DNA of 63,008 nt, filler included, from Reclinomonas americana ATCC 50394 (GCA_048213135.1; 6 parts of one record of this genome joined end to end with filler, not necessarily neighbours in it), one strand, 5' to 3'. Positions 33,009 to 62,933 are shown, numbered from the whole stretch's first letter. Notes: a model not told the origin generated them from the letters alone. Made by a program: numbers and translations.

Positions 33009-33487
33009 ATGAAGCAACGCAACGTTGTCAACAACAGCAACATGCCGTCGGGTGAGAATCCCGGTGCCACGGCGGTTGTCCATGAGAATGCTCCCGTTGC
33101 GCGTGCGGCTGAGCAGGGGCCACCAGCGCAACCGCATCACAACTCGATGGCGCACACGGTGTTGTCGTTGATTGTTCCGGTGGTGTTTCTGGTGCTGGTG
33201 GTGTGGGTATTGGTGATGCAGCAGGCGTGGGTGAAGCAGACGATGCCAGATGTGGGCAAGTTGATGGTGAGAATGCTGTCGAAGAGAGTGAGAAATCGTG
33301 CATGCAGACTCTGATTTCTCTCTCTTTACTTCGTCGCGCAGCCTCGTGGCACAGCACCCGATCCAGAGTTTGGCACCTTCCAGTTGACGGAAGAGTTGAA
33401 CCAAGCGGCCTTCGCCTTGGATGACACCATTCACACGCTTCGTGGACAGCCCGCTGCTCTGCAAGCGGTGCTGCTGCGTGCTGCAGG
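33009..33487 (+). CDS. N-terminal fragment with one TM helix; probably the 5' end of paralogue A on an inverted contig
   Basis: MKQRNV...VLSLIVPVVFLVLVVWVLVM. The gap-bounded contig sits where A's missing 5' end should be. Confidence 0.55.
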
Positions 33488-34363
33488 TAGGTGTTCCCTT
33501 CTTCCCTCTCTCCTCTTCCATCTCCTCTCCGCTGATTGCATCNNNNNNNNNNNNNNNNNNNNNNNNNNNNNNNNNNNNNNNNNNNNNNNNNNNNNNNNNN
33601 NNNNNNNNNNNNNNNNNNNNNNNNNNNNNNNNNNNNNNNNNNNNNNNNNNNNNNNNNNNNNNNNNNNNNNNNNNNNNNNNNNNNNNNNNNNNNNNNNNNN
33701 NNNNNNNNNNNNNNNNNNNNNNNNNNNNNNNNNNNNNNNNNNNNNNNNNNNNNNNNNNNNNNNNNNNNNNNNNNNNNNNNNNNNNNNNNNNNNNNNNNNN
33801 NNNNNNNNNNNNNNNNNNNNNNNNNNNNNNNNNNNNNNNNNNNNNNNNNNNNNNNNNNNNNNNNNNNNNNNNNNNNNNNNNNNNNNNNNNNNNNNNNNNN
33901 NNNNNNNNNNNNNNNNNNNNNNNNNNNNNNNNNNNNNNNNNNNNNNNNNNNNNNNNNNNNNNNNNNNNNNNNNNNNNNNNNNNNNNNNNNNNNNNNNNNN
34001 NNNNNNNNNNNNNNNNNNNNNNNNNNNNNNNNNNNNNNNNNNNNNNNNNNAATAACGAAATGCGGGGGTTTGCTCGACGGACGGACACGTGGCCTCAGGA
34101 GTCGCCTTACAGCCAGCTGCCTGGAAGCATGCTCACAGCTATGTCGAGCGCTCATCCGGTATCCATTTTTGCGTCGTTCGTATTCGCGACCATCGGAAGA
34201 GATGCTGTGACTATGCATTCCCCATCAGTGCGCAGGCTTTGTCGACAAAGACCACAGGTTCTGGGGATCATGAGAGGAAGCACACACAGGACTTGAGTGT
34301 TACTTATTACTCCTTCATCCCCTGCGCGCTACACGAAGAACACTGCGCATCAGCAACTCCACC

Positions 34364-36580
34364 CTAGCGCAGAAAGCTCGTCGCCGACTTTGCGAGTTCC
34401 ACCATCTTGGCTGGGTGGAACCTATACAATCGCAATCAGGTCAGCAACAAACACATGCCTCACTGCGCGTGTACAATGACCAGCCGCACCATGAAACATA
34501 GAGAACGATGAGAACGAGATACACGTCCTCAGATGATACGGCACCTCGTTGGCGTCTGCGGGGAGCAAGTCAAACAACCGCGGCGCGAGGACAGCAGATC
34601 AACGTGAAGCACTCACGCCATACGGATTGCCATGCCAATCTGCAATATAATGCGACACACGTGCAGCTGGAGTACACATTGGAGGAGTAAGATTACAACA
34701 ACGAGCAATCAACAGGTGTTAATGGCATCACGGACACACCAAAACAAACGTTATGCCGACCGCTGCGTCGTACAATACACACCATGAGAAGACATCGAAT
34801 GACAACACACGCGCGGACAACACGAGACTCACCGACCACGTTGTCCATGCCATACACAAGACCGCTCACAATAGTCGCAAAGAGCGCCGTGAGGACGACA
34901 GACGCCATGACATATCGGCGCAGCTGGGAACCGCCAAAGCCATGCTTGATGTATTGTTCAAAGCACAGCACCAGTCCTGCAAGTGTCGTGATCAGCACGA
35001 GTGCGAGCGCGACGAGGACGACGAGATCGGAAAAAGTACCCGAAGCTCCGTTCACTAGAGGGCCGACATAGAAGATGCCTTGTTCAAACAGCTCCGTGTT
35101 CGGTGTGTCTGTGATGTCGTGAGACAGAGGCGACGTGCACACAAGCGTGAATGCTCATCGACGCAACGATGGACATGCAGGTACACATGAAGCACGGAGG
35201 CCAGGAGCGAGGCAAAGAACATGCCCGGCAGGCTTGTCTGACTAAAGGAGGAAATGATGTTCTGCCAAGGAAGATTGTTGTCAGTCACAGTCGCCGAGTA
35301 GTCCAACAGTTACGTACACAAACCTTGTCACCACCAACCACCTCCGGTAGCTTGGCGACGCCAAAGAGAAGTGGCAGCGCCGCCAAAGAGCCAAGCACGC
35401 TCGATTGCAGCACAATGGCCATGGCGACAGCTGCAAAGGTCGCTAGAAGGATCTGCGCAACAATGATAAGCAATTTGTATCTCTTTTTTGGGGGTGGCAC
35501 GAAGACACACCACAGACCATCAGGAAATCGGTGGTCTTGCTGCGCTGCTCTCCACCGCCGTGCAGATTGAATGAGAATTGCATGGCGTGAGGCAAGGTAA
35601 GCAGGCTGTGTCGTACAGCAAGTCAACAATCAGGCAATGAACACGTCAGTCAACCAAGGTCACGCAACGCCACAAGGGCAAGGCAGAGTGCCAGAATTCC
35701 GTGCGAGCACGCCACACTCAGCGCCAAGATAACGAAGCGCAGCCCGTACCTGCACGGCACGGCCACTATCAGAACCATTCACGGCGTGGTATGCGCTCCG
35801 TACATACGCAACACAAGAATCTCCTGCAACACCAACGGCAGCGCGGTGAACACGTTCAACTGTGACGAGGAGTGTAGCATGAGAGGAGAGCAGCACCAAC
35901 AAGTGACGGTGATAACGCACTGGATCGTTTCTAACAAGCTCCGCAATCCACGAAAACAACATTGCCGGCCACATGAAAAGCACCTGCGTTACGTCAATCG
36001 GAAGAGAGAGTGAGTACCACGCAAGCGTAGTGATGGGGCAAGCGACAGCAGACACAAACCTCGGCATACAAGAAGCTCAGAGGAGGTAGTAGCGGGTTCA
36101 TCAGCATCCCAAAGACGAAAGCCATGAAACACAGCTGACCGATCGCGCCGACGATACCAACAAGGAAGAACATGGCAACGATTCTGGGAATCAGCGGCTG
36201 TGCAACAAAACAGGCGGCGTTGAGGGGCAAGCAAATAACGGGCACAGCTCGCACAAGGCACAAACCAAACCCCAAACTGCCAACACTGCGCTGCACGGTT
36301 GAGGAGGCGCGGTGACTCAGCAGATGTGAGAAACAAACAGCACGCACCACATCGCCAGACAAAGCCGGTCATGCGCCCCCACAACGTCAGGTTCTCGTAC
36401 AGCTGCACTTCTGCAAGAGAGAAGACATTGAACACGAACGCAACCATCTCCCTCGAGCTCGCGCACACCAACCTCCAAGTACAATCGCATTCACCAAGCG
36501 CTCCATGCGCACAGCCAGCGTCTCAGGCGTCAGCGTGGCGCCGTCGCGGAGGTGCGAGGCCAGTTTGAATTTTTCTGTCG
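34364..36580 (-). CDS. Unknown multi-pass membrane protein, paralogue B (5' part missing)
   Basis: Shares KLASH..DGATLTPE, LTLWGRMTGFVWR, QPAYLAS..AILIQ.ARRWRAAQQDHR, and DTPNTELFE.G.FYVG with A. Ends FHPAKMVELAKSATSFLR*. Confidence 0.75.
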
Positions 36581-37012
36581 ACACAGTCGGCGGAGAGGGA
36601 AGAGGAGGAGAAGAAGGAGAGGAAACAGAGAGAGGGGGGCGGGGAGAAGGGAAANNNNNNNNNNNNNNNNNNNNNNNNNNNNNNNNNNNNNNNNNNNNTT
36701 AATTAATTAANNNNNNNNNNNNNNNNNNNNNNNNNNNNNNNNNNNNNNNNNNNNGAGAGAGAGAGAGAGCGCGAAGAGTGCGAAGAGAGACAGGGAGAGA
36801 AAAAGCAGAACGGGTACCGAATGAGGGACCGAGTTGCAGAATGGAGAACGATGGAGCGTGAGCAACGAAAGTGATTGTGGCAGCAAGAAGAGGACTCAGA
36901 ATGACACAAAGGAAGATGTGAAGAGTGCAAGAGAGAGACAGAAAGAGAAAGAATGAGTGACTGATGAACACGAAAAGGTTCGAGAAGACATTGATAAGCC
37001 TGTGCAAGCGAA

Positions 37013-37014
37013 TG

Positions 37015-37076
<62 letters not shown>

Positions 37077-37091
37077 GTGTGTGTGTGTGTG
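37013..37091. repeat. (CT)n(GT)n microsatellite
   Basis: Directly visible. Confidence 0.95.
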
Positions 37092-37785
37092 AAGAGCACA
37101 TATTGATTTCTGGCGGAGAGTGCATTGACCAATCAGTCTCTGCACACACCCGCACTCACACGCACACACAGGCGCGCACACACACAGCTCTCACTGAATG
37201 CGAGTGAGTGAGTGAGAAAAAGAGTGTGCACACATGGCGATGACTCCTCCCTCTCTCTCTCTTTCCTTCTCTCCTTCCTTCTCTCATTTATGTGTGCGCG
37301 CTTCTCACCCGCTTCCACAGTGCTTCCACATCGGCGTCGTCCAATCGCGAATTCGTATCATGCATTGCCGCAGCCATCTTTTGAATGGCTCTCGCCGCTC
37401 TTTCGCTCACTTTGCCTGCAGAGGCTCCCATCTCACACTCTCACACACTCACACACTCACTCTCACTCTCACTCTCACACACAACGATCGTGCACAAGGG
37501 AGCTGCGACTTTCGTTGATTCAGACACGCGGGACGCGCGACGTTGATGTAATTCACGATGCGACGGCATTATATTGCTGGCCTCCCAGCATACACCCACC
37601 GGAAACCCTTTGCCTTCGGTTTGCAATTGGCCCCATCGAATTCGCCGTGCAGCTGTTCAACAGCAACGACAGTTTGAGGCGTTCGTGTTTGGTTGGCTTT
37701 GCTGTTGGAGAAGAGGAATCATGTTTCGTATGTTGTTGGTGTGCCAAGGGCATTGTCGGCAAGGGATTTATGGACATTTGTCGTA

Positions 37786-40600
37786 TTATCGCAATGTGGC
37801 GAATGAAGTGAATAAATTGCTGACTTTGCTGACCCCAACAGCCCAACGCAGCTGCATATGCATGATGATCACATCACGGACACGGTGAGAAAAGCCCTGT
37901 GGCTCTTGAATGCCGCCAGGACTGCCACACCACTTGCAGAAGCGATACGTCCGAATCATACTAATCGTCGCCGTCATCGCTATGTCCAACGTGTTGCTCT
38001 GCATCGCACCAGCTGCAGACACAGTGACGTCTCACGCTCACCGCGACAAGCAAGGTGACACTCGCGACAACAAACTCCACGTTCACGACACAGACTGCGA
38101 GGACTGTGCGTAGGAATTCGCTCGAAATACCATGGCGACTCAAAAAATTCTCGCTGTTCATGCATCGATCTGTCCAGCTGTCTCCACTCTACCCCTCACT
38201 CCGAGCAATTGTAACATCCACGACAAGGAAGCCGGTACTGCATGCGCGCAGGTGAGCAACACCATCACATCGCCGACATGCTCCGCAGCAACGTGCGACG
38301 CAACACTTGGTCTCTTGGTTCCCGGGCTGAGGAACCACCACAAAACCCACGTCACGTGCGGCTGCGGCAGCCAGTTAGACCGCTACACAGAGAAATCAGG
38401 GGGAAACAGTGACGCACCATCACTACCCACGTCATGAGAATCACCGACAAAATTGTAGAGAGACACAGATTGGCCACGAGGTGCCAGTTGGCGGCGATGC
38501 CAAGCGGGATGAACAAATACGCCAGTCCAATCACAATCGGGAACAGACCAAGCCACACGGCCACGCACTGTGAGCACACATGGAAGAGTGAATGAGGGAA
38601 AGGAGGGTGGAGAGCAGATGAACTCGAACAGTACCTGCTTCCACTGCGCAAAGAAAAGATGAAGTGAGGCACGTGATCAGCAATTATTGGCAGGCATTCG
38701 ATGGCCTTGTACACACCTTGGGAATCATTGGCTCCTGACCAGGATCATTCTCGTCAAACAGCGTCACGTATCCCTGTGCGCACGCAAGTAAGGTCGAGGC
38801 GTGCTGCACCAAGTCACAGGGAGCACTTGCAACTGGTTGTGAGTCGCTCTCTTAATGCCTTACGCCGTGCGCCTCACACTCCGACTGCGAGCACGCTCGC
38901 CTCTCGTCGCATCTCCCTCTCTCTCTCTCGCAACCCATCCCGCCCCGCCTCACCCACCCCAACGCAACTTCCCATCCCGTCGCCGTATACATTGGCTCGC
39001 CCTCCACCAACGGCTTCACCTCATCCAACCACTCCTGTCGTTGTGGCGAAACATTGAACGCGCGCATGGCCTCGTACGAATCCCATTGCGACTGCGAATT
39101 CAAAGAGTCATGCTTCCTCCTGCTGGACGATGGTGTCTTTCTCCCACACCCCAACGTACCACGATAATAAATGTCTGATCGCCGGCCCGCGGCTTCAGCA
39201 CCGTCTCCCCGTGATACCCCGGCGATGACCGCAGGTACTGCTCAATACCCCTCTCCAGCCAATCCAAAAACTGATCCTCGCAACCGGCCTGCGTGCGCGC
39301 GCGTGTTAAGAATGTACCGAGGTGCAACTCAGCAACACAGGATCGAAGCAGCGCACCTTGACTTGCCGCTTGATAATCAGCGTCACCGGATGTGTACGAT
39401 CGACGGTGCGACCCACATCATCCCTGCGCACGAGTCAGAGGAAGGCAGAGGGGGGCGATGACGTTGAGGGTGCCCGAGCGAGCGAGAAAAATAGGGGAAC
39501 AAAGACGACAAGAGAGGGAGCAAGGAGGATGCGCGAGCGAGACAAGAATGCAGAGGGATAGAGTGTAGGAACTAGAACAGTTGAGAAGAGGAGAAAAGAC
39601 AGGAGAACGTCTTCAAGGAGGAGAAGAACGAAGATGGAGCGAGGTGAGCGAGTGACAGGAAACGCCGATGAGAGTTGCGAAGACGAGAACATTGTGAAGA
39701 ACGATGGAGAAGATGAATAAAGGTGGTTTGGCACGGGCGAGTGACGAGAGACGCTGATGAAGAGGAGTGTGAAAGTGGACTGGCATGAGTGAGTGATGGG
39801 AAGCATTGCTGAGGAAGAGAGAACGGCTGCGAAGACAAAGCACAGGAACGATGGAGGCGAGAAGATGGGAGGCACCAATGAGGAGGAGAGAACGGTAGCG
39901 AGACCATCGAGAAGAACGAAGAAGAAGAAGAAGAAGANNNNNNNNNNNNNNNNNNNNAAGAAGAAGAAGAAGAAGAAGAAGAAGAAGAAGAAGAAGAAGA
40001 AGAAGAAGAAGAAGAAGAAGAAGAAGAAGAAGAGTGTGAAAGAGGACTGGCATGAGTGATGGGATTCATCGCTGAGGAAGCGAAGAGTACAGTTGAAGCG
40101 GACACCATATATCAGAACGAAGAAAAAGAGGCATGAAAGTGGACTGGCATGAGTGAGTGACAGAGGCATCGATGAGGAGAAGAAGAGCACGGTTGCGAAG
40201 ACGAGAGCATCGAGAAGAACGATAAAGATGAAACGCAAAAATCGATCACGAAAGCCATCTCATCTTCCCTCTTCCCTCTCCTCCTCCTCCCCTCTCCTCC
40301 TCCCCACTCACCAAAACGCATCGGTGGCCTTGGGCGACCCAATCGCCCTCACCGATCCCGACCGCCTCATCGACGACGACCCGCGCGCCAACGGCGATCC
40401 ATCCATACTCGATCGCGCACTCCCTCCAGCACTCACACTCCCACCACCTCCATTCGCACCATTCGCCACTCCCAACGTAGCTGCCTCCGGATGCAACTGC
40501 GACACTGTGCCATCGACCGACAGCGTAAACGACGACATGGTGACCTTGCGTCGTGGTCGACCCTCGCGCGACTGCTGCTGACGTCGTCGTGATGCTGCTC
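37786..40600 (-). CDS. Antibiotic-biosynthesis-monooxygenase (ABM)-like domain + transmembrane helices (bacterial COG3224-like); ends approximate
   Basis: PVTLIIKRQV/.AGCEDQFLDWL...PGYHGETVLKP...FIIVVR/WDSYEAMRAFNVSPQRQEWL, then VAVWLGLFPIV...ILMTWVVM/PHVTWVLWWFL. Confidence 0.72.
39560..40240. repeat. Intronic degenerate minisatellite (core GTGTGAAAGTGGACTGGCATGAGTGA, about 3 copies) with (AAG)n tract
   Basis: Core near 39767, 40034 and 40134. (AAG)n at 39919-40033. Confidence 0.8.
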
Positions 40601-40779
40601 GNNNNNNNNNNNNNNNNNNNNNNNNNNNNNNNNNNNNNNNNNNNNTTAATTAATTAANNNNNNNNNNNNNNNNNNNNNNNNNNNNNNNNNNNNNNNNNNN
40701 NAAGCGAGAGAAACCGACAGATTCAGCGGGACGCATCACGGTGTACGGTGCTCAAAGATTCGCTGCCCGTGTTGGCAAC

Positions 40780-41031
40780 ATGAGCGGCCCTCCACCTGCG
40801 CCCTTCCAGATCACAGTGGAGACACCAGGCACCGTCGATGCCTCGCTCTTTCCCGCGCAAACGCAGCAACACAATGACGCACCTCCACAAGCAGTGCCTG
40901 TGCCACCACCACCACCAGAGCACCACGAACCCAAAATGCAACCGTTGTTTGTGAGTGGCGACGAAGAGATCGAGTTTGTCGACGACGACGACGACATGGA
41001 CGATGTGGAAGCAGAGGGCGAAGAGCAGCCG
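40780..41031 (+). CDS. Pro/acidic-rich N-terminal fragment; possibly the 5' end of the ABM gene on an inverted contig
   Basis: MSGPPPAPFQITVETP...EEQP runs into a gap and has coding-like composition. Confidence 0.45.
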
Positions 41032-41409
41032 NNNNNNNNNNNNNNNNNNNNNNNNNNNNNNNNNNNNNNNNNNNNNNNNNNNNNNNNNNNNNNNNNNNNN
41101 NNNNNNNNNNNNNNNNNNNNNNNNNNNNNNNNNNNNNNNNNNNNNNNNNNNNNNNNNNNNNNNNNNNNNNNNNNNNNNNNNGACGTCACAGTCTCTCTCT
41201 CCGTCTCTACTTTACCTCCCTGGTGTCTTGGCACGGGTCGAGGATGAAGGTACAAGGCGACCAGCGTGGCTCGATTTTGTGATCGGAAGGGGGAAGATGA
41301 CTGCTTGGAGGTGTTCATGTTTGTGAAAGGATGTGTGGACATTCGTCATATTAGCAAGAGAGGCAGAGGGCGGGAGTGAGCACACAATGTAGGAGGGGAA
41401 ACAAGCTGC

Positions 41410-41612
41410 AAAGATGCCGATGAATACGTGTCTCTTATGCAAGAGAGAGCACACCACATACTGGAACGATGAACGCCAGTCTCCTTTTCCTCCCTCTTCC
41501 CCTTCCGACTCACATTCAGCATCCGTTGCCGCTGTCGCGTGGCTGGCACTGCCACCCGCCATTCCTTCAGCACGTGTTCGATGCGATCCAAGAAGATGTG
41601 GTTGAACTGGGT
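41410..41612 (-). pseudogene. Degenerate partial duplicate of a USP catalytic-domain exon plus adjacent intron
   Basis: FNHIFLDRIEHVLKE and flanking DNA match 48224-48385 (FNHIFLDRIEQLLKE) with an internal deletion of about 50 nt that shifts frame. Confidence 0.8.
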
Positions 41613-41695
41613 TTCTCGGGGTTCTTCACCCTGCATTCTCCTGGCACTCACACAAAAACCAAGCGGTTTTCACTGTTTACCATACCACCAATCGC

Positions 41696-53044
<11,349 letters not shown>

Positions 53045-53143
53045 GGTGTCGGCGTGCGGAGGGTGGTCGAAGTGACTGATTGTGGGACAACACCCTCCGC
53101 GGACAAGTCTCGTTTGCGACGTTCTCTAAATTCCTTCCCCCCT

Positions 53144-58433
<5,290 letters not shown>

Positions 58434-58850
58434 GCGCCCTTGCTCTCCTCCTCTGTCACAGTCGTCACACAAACAGAGGACATAGGCACTGAAGTTCCGC
58501 CTGCGAAGTTCACCCGGAGACGTACTTGGTAAGTCGCAGGTCACTCTTGAGTCCACACTGCTGCCTCTCTCCATTCTCTCTTTCTCTTCTCCTTCCCCCC
58601 TTGTTTCACTACACGACGATGTACACTTGTTGCAATATCTTGTTTGGTTCGGCTATCTTGACAGTCAAGGGAGGAGGGGGGCGGGAGAGCACAGCAAACA
58701 GGAGAGAGAGGCGGCGACCGTGAGTCGCCATTCTCTGGCGACCACGCCTTCCATACAGACACACATATACACGCACTCTCCATTCCCCAGCCTCTGCGTC
58801 TCTCCCCCTTTTCTTTAAAAAATGGCAGCATTATTCGCTGCTGGTCCGGG

Positions 58851-61800
58851 TTACCGGCGACCGCTATTGTCGTCGGTGCGTCGCGATGAGGCCGCACTAG
58901 TTGGTCGCGAGTGTTGACGCTGTGCTGGTGCGTTCGGGTTGAGGTGTCCGCGCCGTTGGCTGCCTGATACCTCCACATCGTCCACGGCCACACGCTGTGG
59001 GTGGGGGAATGAGAGGTGAGCAACAGGAGGCGAAAGGATGGAAGTGAGAAAAGAGAAAGTACGGCGGAGAGAGTGAACGCCGAATTAAGGACTCAGCACC
59101 GACAGGCGATGAAAGAGCGGGAGAGTCCCTTCCCACAAGGAGAGCAACGGGTGCGAATGGCTGGAAGTGAGAGAGAGAAAGCACAGTGAGAGAGTGAACG
59201 CCAAAACAAAACACTCGGAAGCAGAAGCGACGAAAGACCGCGTGGAGTCTCTCTCCCTTCCCTACAGAGTGAACAACAGAAGGCGAAAGCACTGCTGCGG
59301 AGTGAACGTCGAAAACAGACTGGGTAGTAGAGAAGGCGATGAAAGAACGGAGAGTCTTCCTCCCCTCCTCCCGTGTCCGCCCAAATGAATCACAGAAGGC
59401 AACAGGCCGGAAGTGAGTGACAGCAAGGCGGCAGAGAAAGTGAATGCCGAACAAAAGACTCGGTACAAAAAGCAATTAAGAACGGGAGTCTCTCTGGAGA
59501 GGAGAATGAACTGCTGCAGGGAGAGTGAACGCCAAACAAGAAACACGGAACCGAAAAGTAATGGAATAGCGCGAGTCACTCTTCCTTTCCCAGAGAGTGA
59601 GCGACAGGTAGACAGGCTGACAGTGAAAAGAGAATGCAAAACAAGGCCAGAGCGCCGAAAAAGAAGCTCCATAGCAGAGGAGGCTATCCCTCCCTAACCC
59701 CCCCCCCNNNNNNNNNNNNNNNNNNNNNNNNNNNNNNNNNNNNNNNNNNNNNNNNNNNNNNNNNNNNNNNNNNNNNNNNNNNNNNNNNNNNNNNNNNNNN
59801 NNNNNNNNNNNNNNNNNNNNNNNNNNNNNNNNNNNNNNNNNNNNNNNNNNNNNNNNNNNNNNNNNNNNNNNNNNNNNNNNNNNNNNNNNNNNNNNNNNNN
59901 NNNNNNNNNNNNNNNNNNNNNNNNNNNNNNNNNNNNNNNNNNNNNNNNNNNNNNNNNNNNNNNNNNNNNNNNNNNNNNNNNNNNNNNNNNNNNNNNNNNN
60001 NNNNNNNNNNNNNNNNNNNNNNNNNNNNNNNNNNNNNNNNNNNNNNNNNNNNNNNNNNNNNNNNNNNNNNNNNNNNNNNNNNNNNNNNNNNNNNNNNNNN
60101 NNNNNNNNNNNNNNNNNNNNNNNNNNNNNNNNNNNNNNNNNNNNNNNNNNNNNNNNNNNNNNNNNNNNNNNNNNNNNNNNNNNNNNNNNNNNNNNNNNNN
60201 NNNNNNNNNNNNNNNNNNNNNNNNNNNNNNNNNNNNNNNNNNNNNNNNACCACCCACCATACTTACCACGCGGGCCTCGCGGACTTCATCCACAAAGGTA
60301 CCTCGTGACAAGTGCTGCAATCCAGGCAGCACCACCGACGCACTGCGCAGCTGCTCGTCCTCCGCACTCATCTCCACCGGGTCGATAATGTCCATGCTCT
60401 GCACCACCACCGTCGACGACAACGACCGTGGTGTCGGCAGCATGCCGGCGCGATGCCGTGCGTCGACCACCGACTGCGGAATGTGGCCACCGCTGGCCGA
60501 GCGCGGGCTCAACTCGACCGTGGTCTCGTAGCGCGCATTGTTGTTGGGGCTGAGCAGCATACCGCTGCCGCCCGCCGCCGCCGAGCCTGGTCTGGAGAAG
60601 CTCGCCGCCGAGTAGGCGTCGGCATCGGTGGAGTCGTCGTGCAGCAGGCGGCCATTGGAGCCGGCGGAGCTCGGACGGCCACTGTTGCCGCCGCCGCGGG
60701 TGAACATGCCACCGAGCTGGGCCTCGGGTGACTGCGGTCCGTCGCTCATCCACGAGTTGACCGAGTGCGGCGTGCCCTGTCACGCACACACCACCGCAGT
60801 GAGCGGACAATGACGACGACGACGACGACGACAAAAAAGAGAGGGAAAAAAAGACGCAACAGGATCCGTGCCCTGGCTGTCGGGGCGCACACGAGCGCTG
60901 TTGCGGTGAATGGAGATGCCGCTGACCGACAGTGTGTCTTCGTTGTTGTGGCCGGCGGTGAGCGACACGACGCTGCTGCGCTTGGTGCCGGTGCGCAAAA
61001 AGGTCTTCATCTCCTGCGCGTCGCCCTTGCCGGCGGCGTAGATGCGGCGCATGCGAGCGCGGTGCACGAGCACAATGATGAGGATGACGAGGGCGGCGAG
61101 GCCGAGAATGCCGCCGACGGTGATGCCCACGACAAAGGCCGTGTTGTAGTTTTCCGTCTTGGTGATGCCTGCGGAGGAGAAAGGGGAAATTAGGAAAAGG
61201 GGGAGTGAGGAGAAGGGATGATAGGGGGAAGAGTGATCAAGGAGAAGGGAGATTAGGAGAAGCGGCGGCTTGGAGAAAGAGAATCGAGAGAAGAGCGATC
61301 AGCAGTGGGGAAGCCAGGAGAAAAAAGGGATATGGAAAGTGGTGAACATAAGGGAAGGGACCACGAGAACAGGATACGTGTCAGGAAAGGGCACCAGGAG
61401 AAGAAGAATCGGGAGAAGAGTGACAAGGAAAAGAGAGCACAAGAGAACGGGAATCAGAAAAGGAATCAGCTGGAGAGGAGGGATATGGAGAGGGGTAAAC
61501 CTAAGAGGAGGGACCACGACAAGCGTGACCAAGTAAAGCATCAGGAGAAGGGCACCAGAAGACAGTCAGGACAAGAGGGACGGGTGACCACGAGAAAGCT
61601 GGCCTGAAAAAGACGACCAGGATAAGGTGGAAGAGGAAAAGGGGGAATCGCGATAGATGAGGTGGAAGAGGAAAGGGTCAGGAGAACGGGGAAAAGGAAA
61701 AGGAGGGTTGGAGAAGGGAGACCAAGAGAGAGAAGAGCGTAAGAAAGAGTGATCAGCACGCGCAATGCCTTTCCTTCACCCCCCAATCCCTCTTCTTCTC

Positions 61801-62508
61801 CCTTTCCTCCAGCGCAACTGATTTGTGTCCACGACCCGGGACCCTCCACATTCAACAAGTACTTGGTGGTGGCGCGACCGGAGCCGTCCGAAGGCTTGCT
61901 AATGGCGCGGGGCGTCTCCTCGCGAGTGGTGGTGGTGGAGGAGCCGCACTGCTCCGACTGCCACTTCCAGTTGGTGGACGGCGACGTGCACATGGTGCTG
62001 ATGAGGGCGCCGGTGGAGGAGCCCGTCACACACGACGAGGTGGCGGCACACCAGCCGCAGTTGAGGGGTGCGGCAGCGGTGCACGCCGCGCAACCCTGAC
62101 TGGTGTACGTGGCGCACGACTCTTGCAGGCGCACCGACACCGCCGAGAAGATGGAGAGACCGTTGGTGTCGGTGGCGCGCGCCACATTGTCGAGCAGCAC
62201 GTGTCGTGCGCCGCTGGCCGTGGTCGTCAGCGGCTGGCGGTAGTTGACGTTGCCGGAGAGCGAGGTCGAGTAGACTGCGCAGTTGACGACCGAGTCGACC
62301 GAGGTCAGATCGCTGCTCTTGAACTGCGCCAGCGCGTCGTCGGTGCACACGGCCAGGCGGAAGGCGGTGCTGCCTTCGCTCTGCACGGTGGTGAAGACCT
62401 CGACGGCGGTGTTGTTGGGCACGCCGGTGCAGTTGAATCGGAAGTAGTTGGTGTTGGAGATGACCACGGATTGGGCGAGAGAGGCAGAGCAGTCGGGGTA
62501 GGTGCCCT
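58851..62508 (-). CDS. Single-pass membrane protein with PSI (plexin/attractin-like) Cys domain and long Ser/Gly-rich cytoplasmic tail; 5' end not seen
   Basis: C...CAAC....CGWC...SSC...C...W...C; TM AFVVGITVGGILGLAALVILIIVLVH followed by RARMRR. Last exon inferred to end DDNSGRR*. Confidence 0.78.
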
Positions 62509-62933
62509 CTGTGAGATGAAGGGGAGAGGGGGAAATTGGTGAGAAAGAGGAGAGGGAGGGGCAAATGGGGAAGGGGGAGAATAGCAAGAAAGAGTGGGAA
62601 GGGCGTGAGTGAGAGCGCAGTGTGGGAAGTGAGTAAGAAAGAGACAAAGGGAGTGAGGGAGAGGAGAGAGAGAAGCGAGGGAAAGAGAAAGGTGACGACT
62701 GAAGAGAGAAAGAGAAAGCGAATAATATAATGGACTGATGCGAGTGAGAGTGAGTGAGTGTGCGACAGAAGGAGAGCGAGTGAGCGGAGAGCAAGCGAGA
62801 GGGGAGGGAGGGGAATGGGGGAGGAGAAGAGCAAGAAAGAGTGAATATATTGGGAAGGGCGTGAGTGAGAGTGAGTGAGTTTGAGAGAGAAGGAGTGAGT
62901 GTGTGACAGAAGGAGAGAGAGAGAGAGCAAGCG

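Noticed and set aside
31255-34296. Very long ORFs in the track (584, 666 aa; likewise 45447-47750 and 56426-58513)
   Set aside because: Artefacts of reading through N gaps or low-complexity intron repeats.
61823-62542. Long antisense ORFs opposite real genes (here and at 13297-14301, 20608-21345, 27300-27914)
   Set aside because: Expected shadow ORFs in GC-rich coding DNA, with no recognisable motifs.
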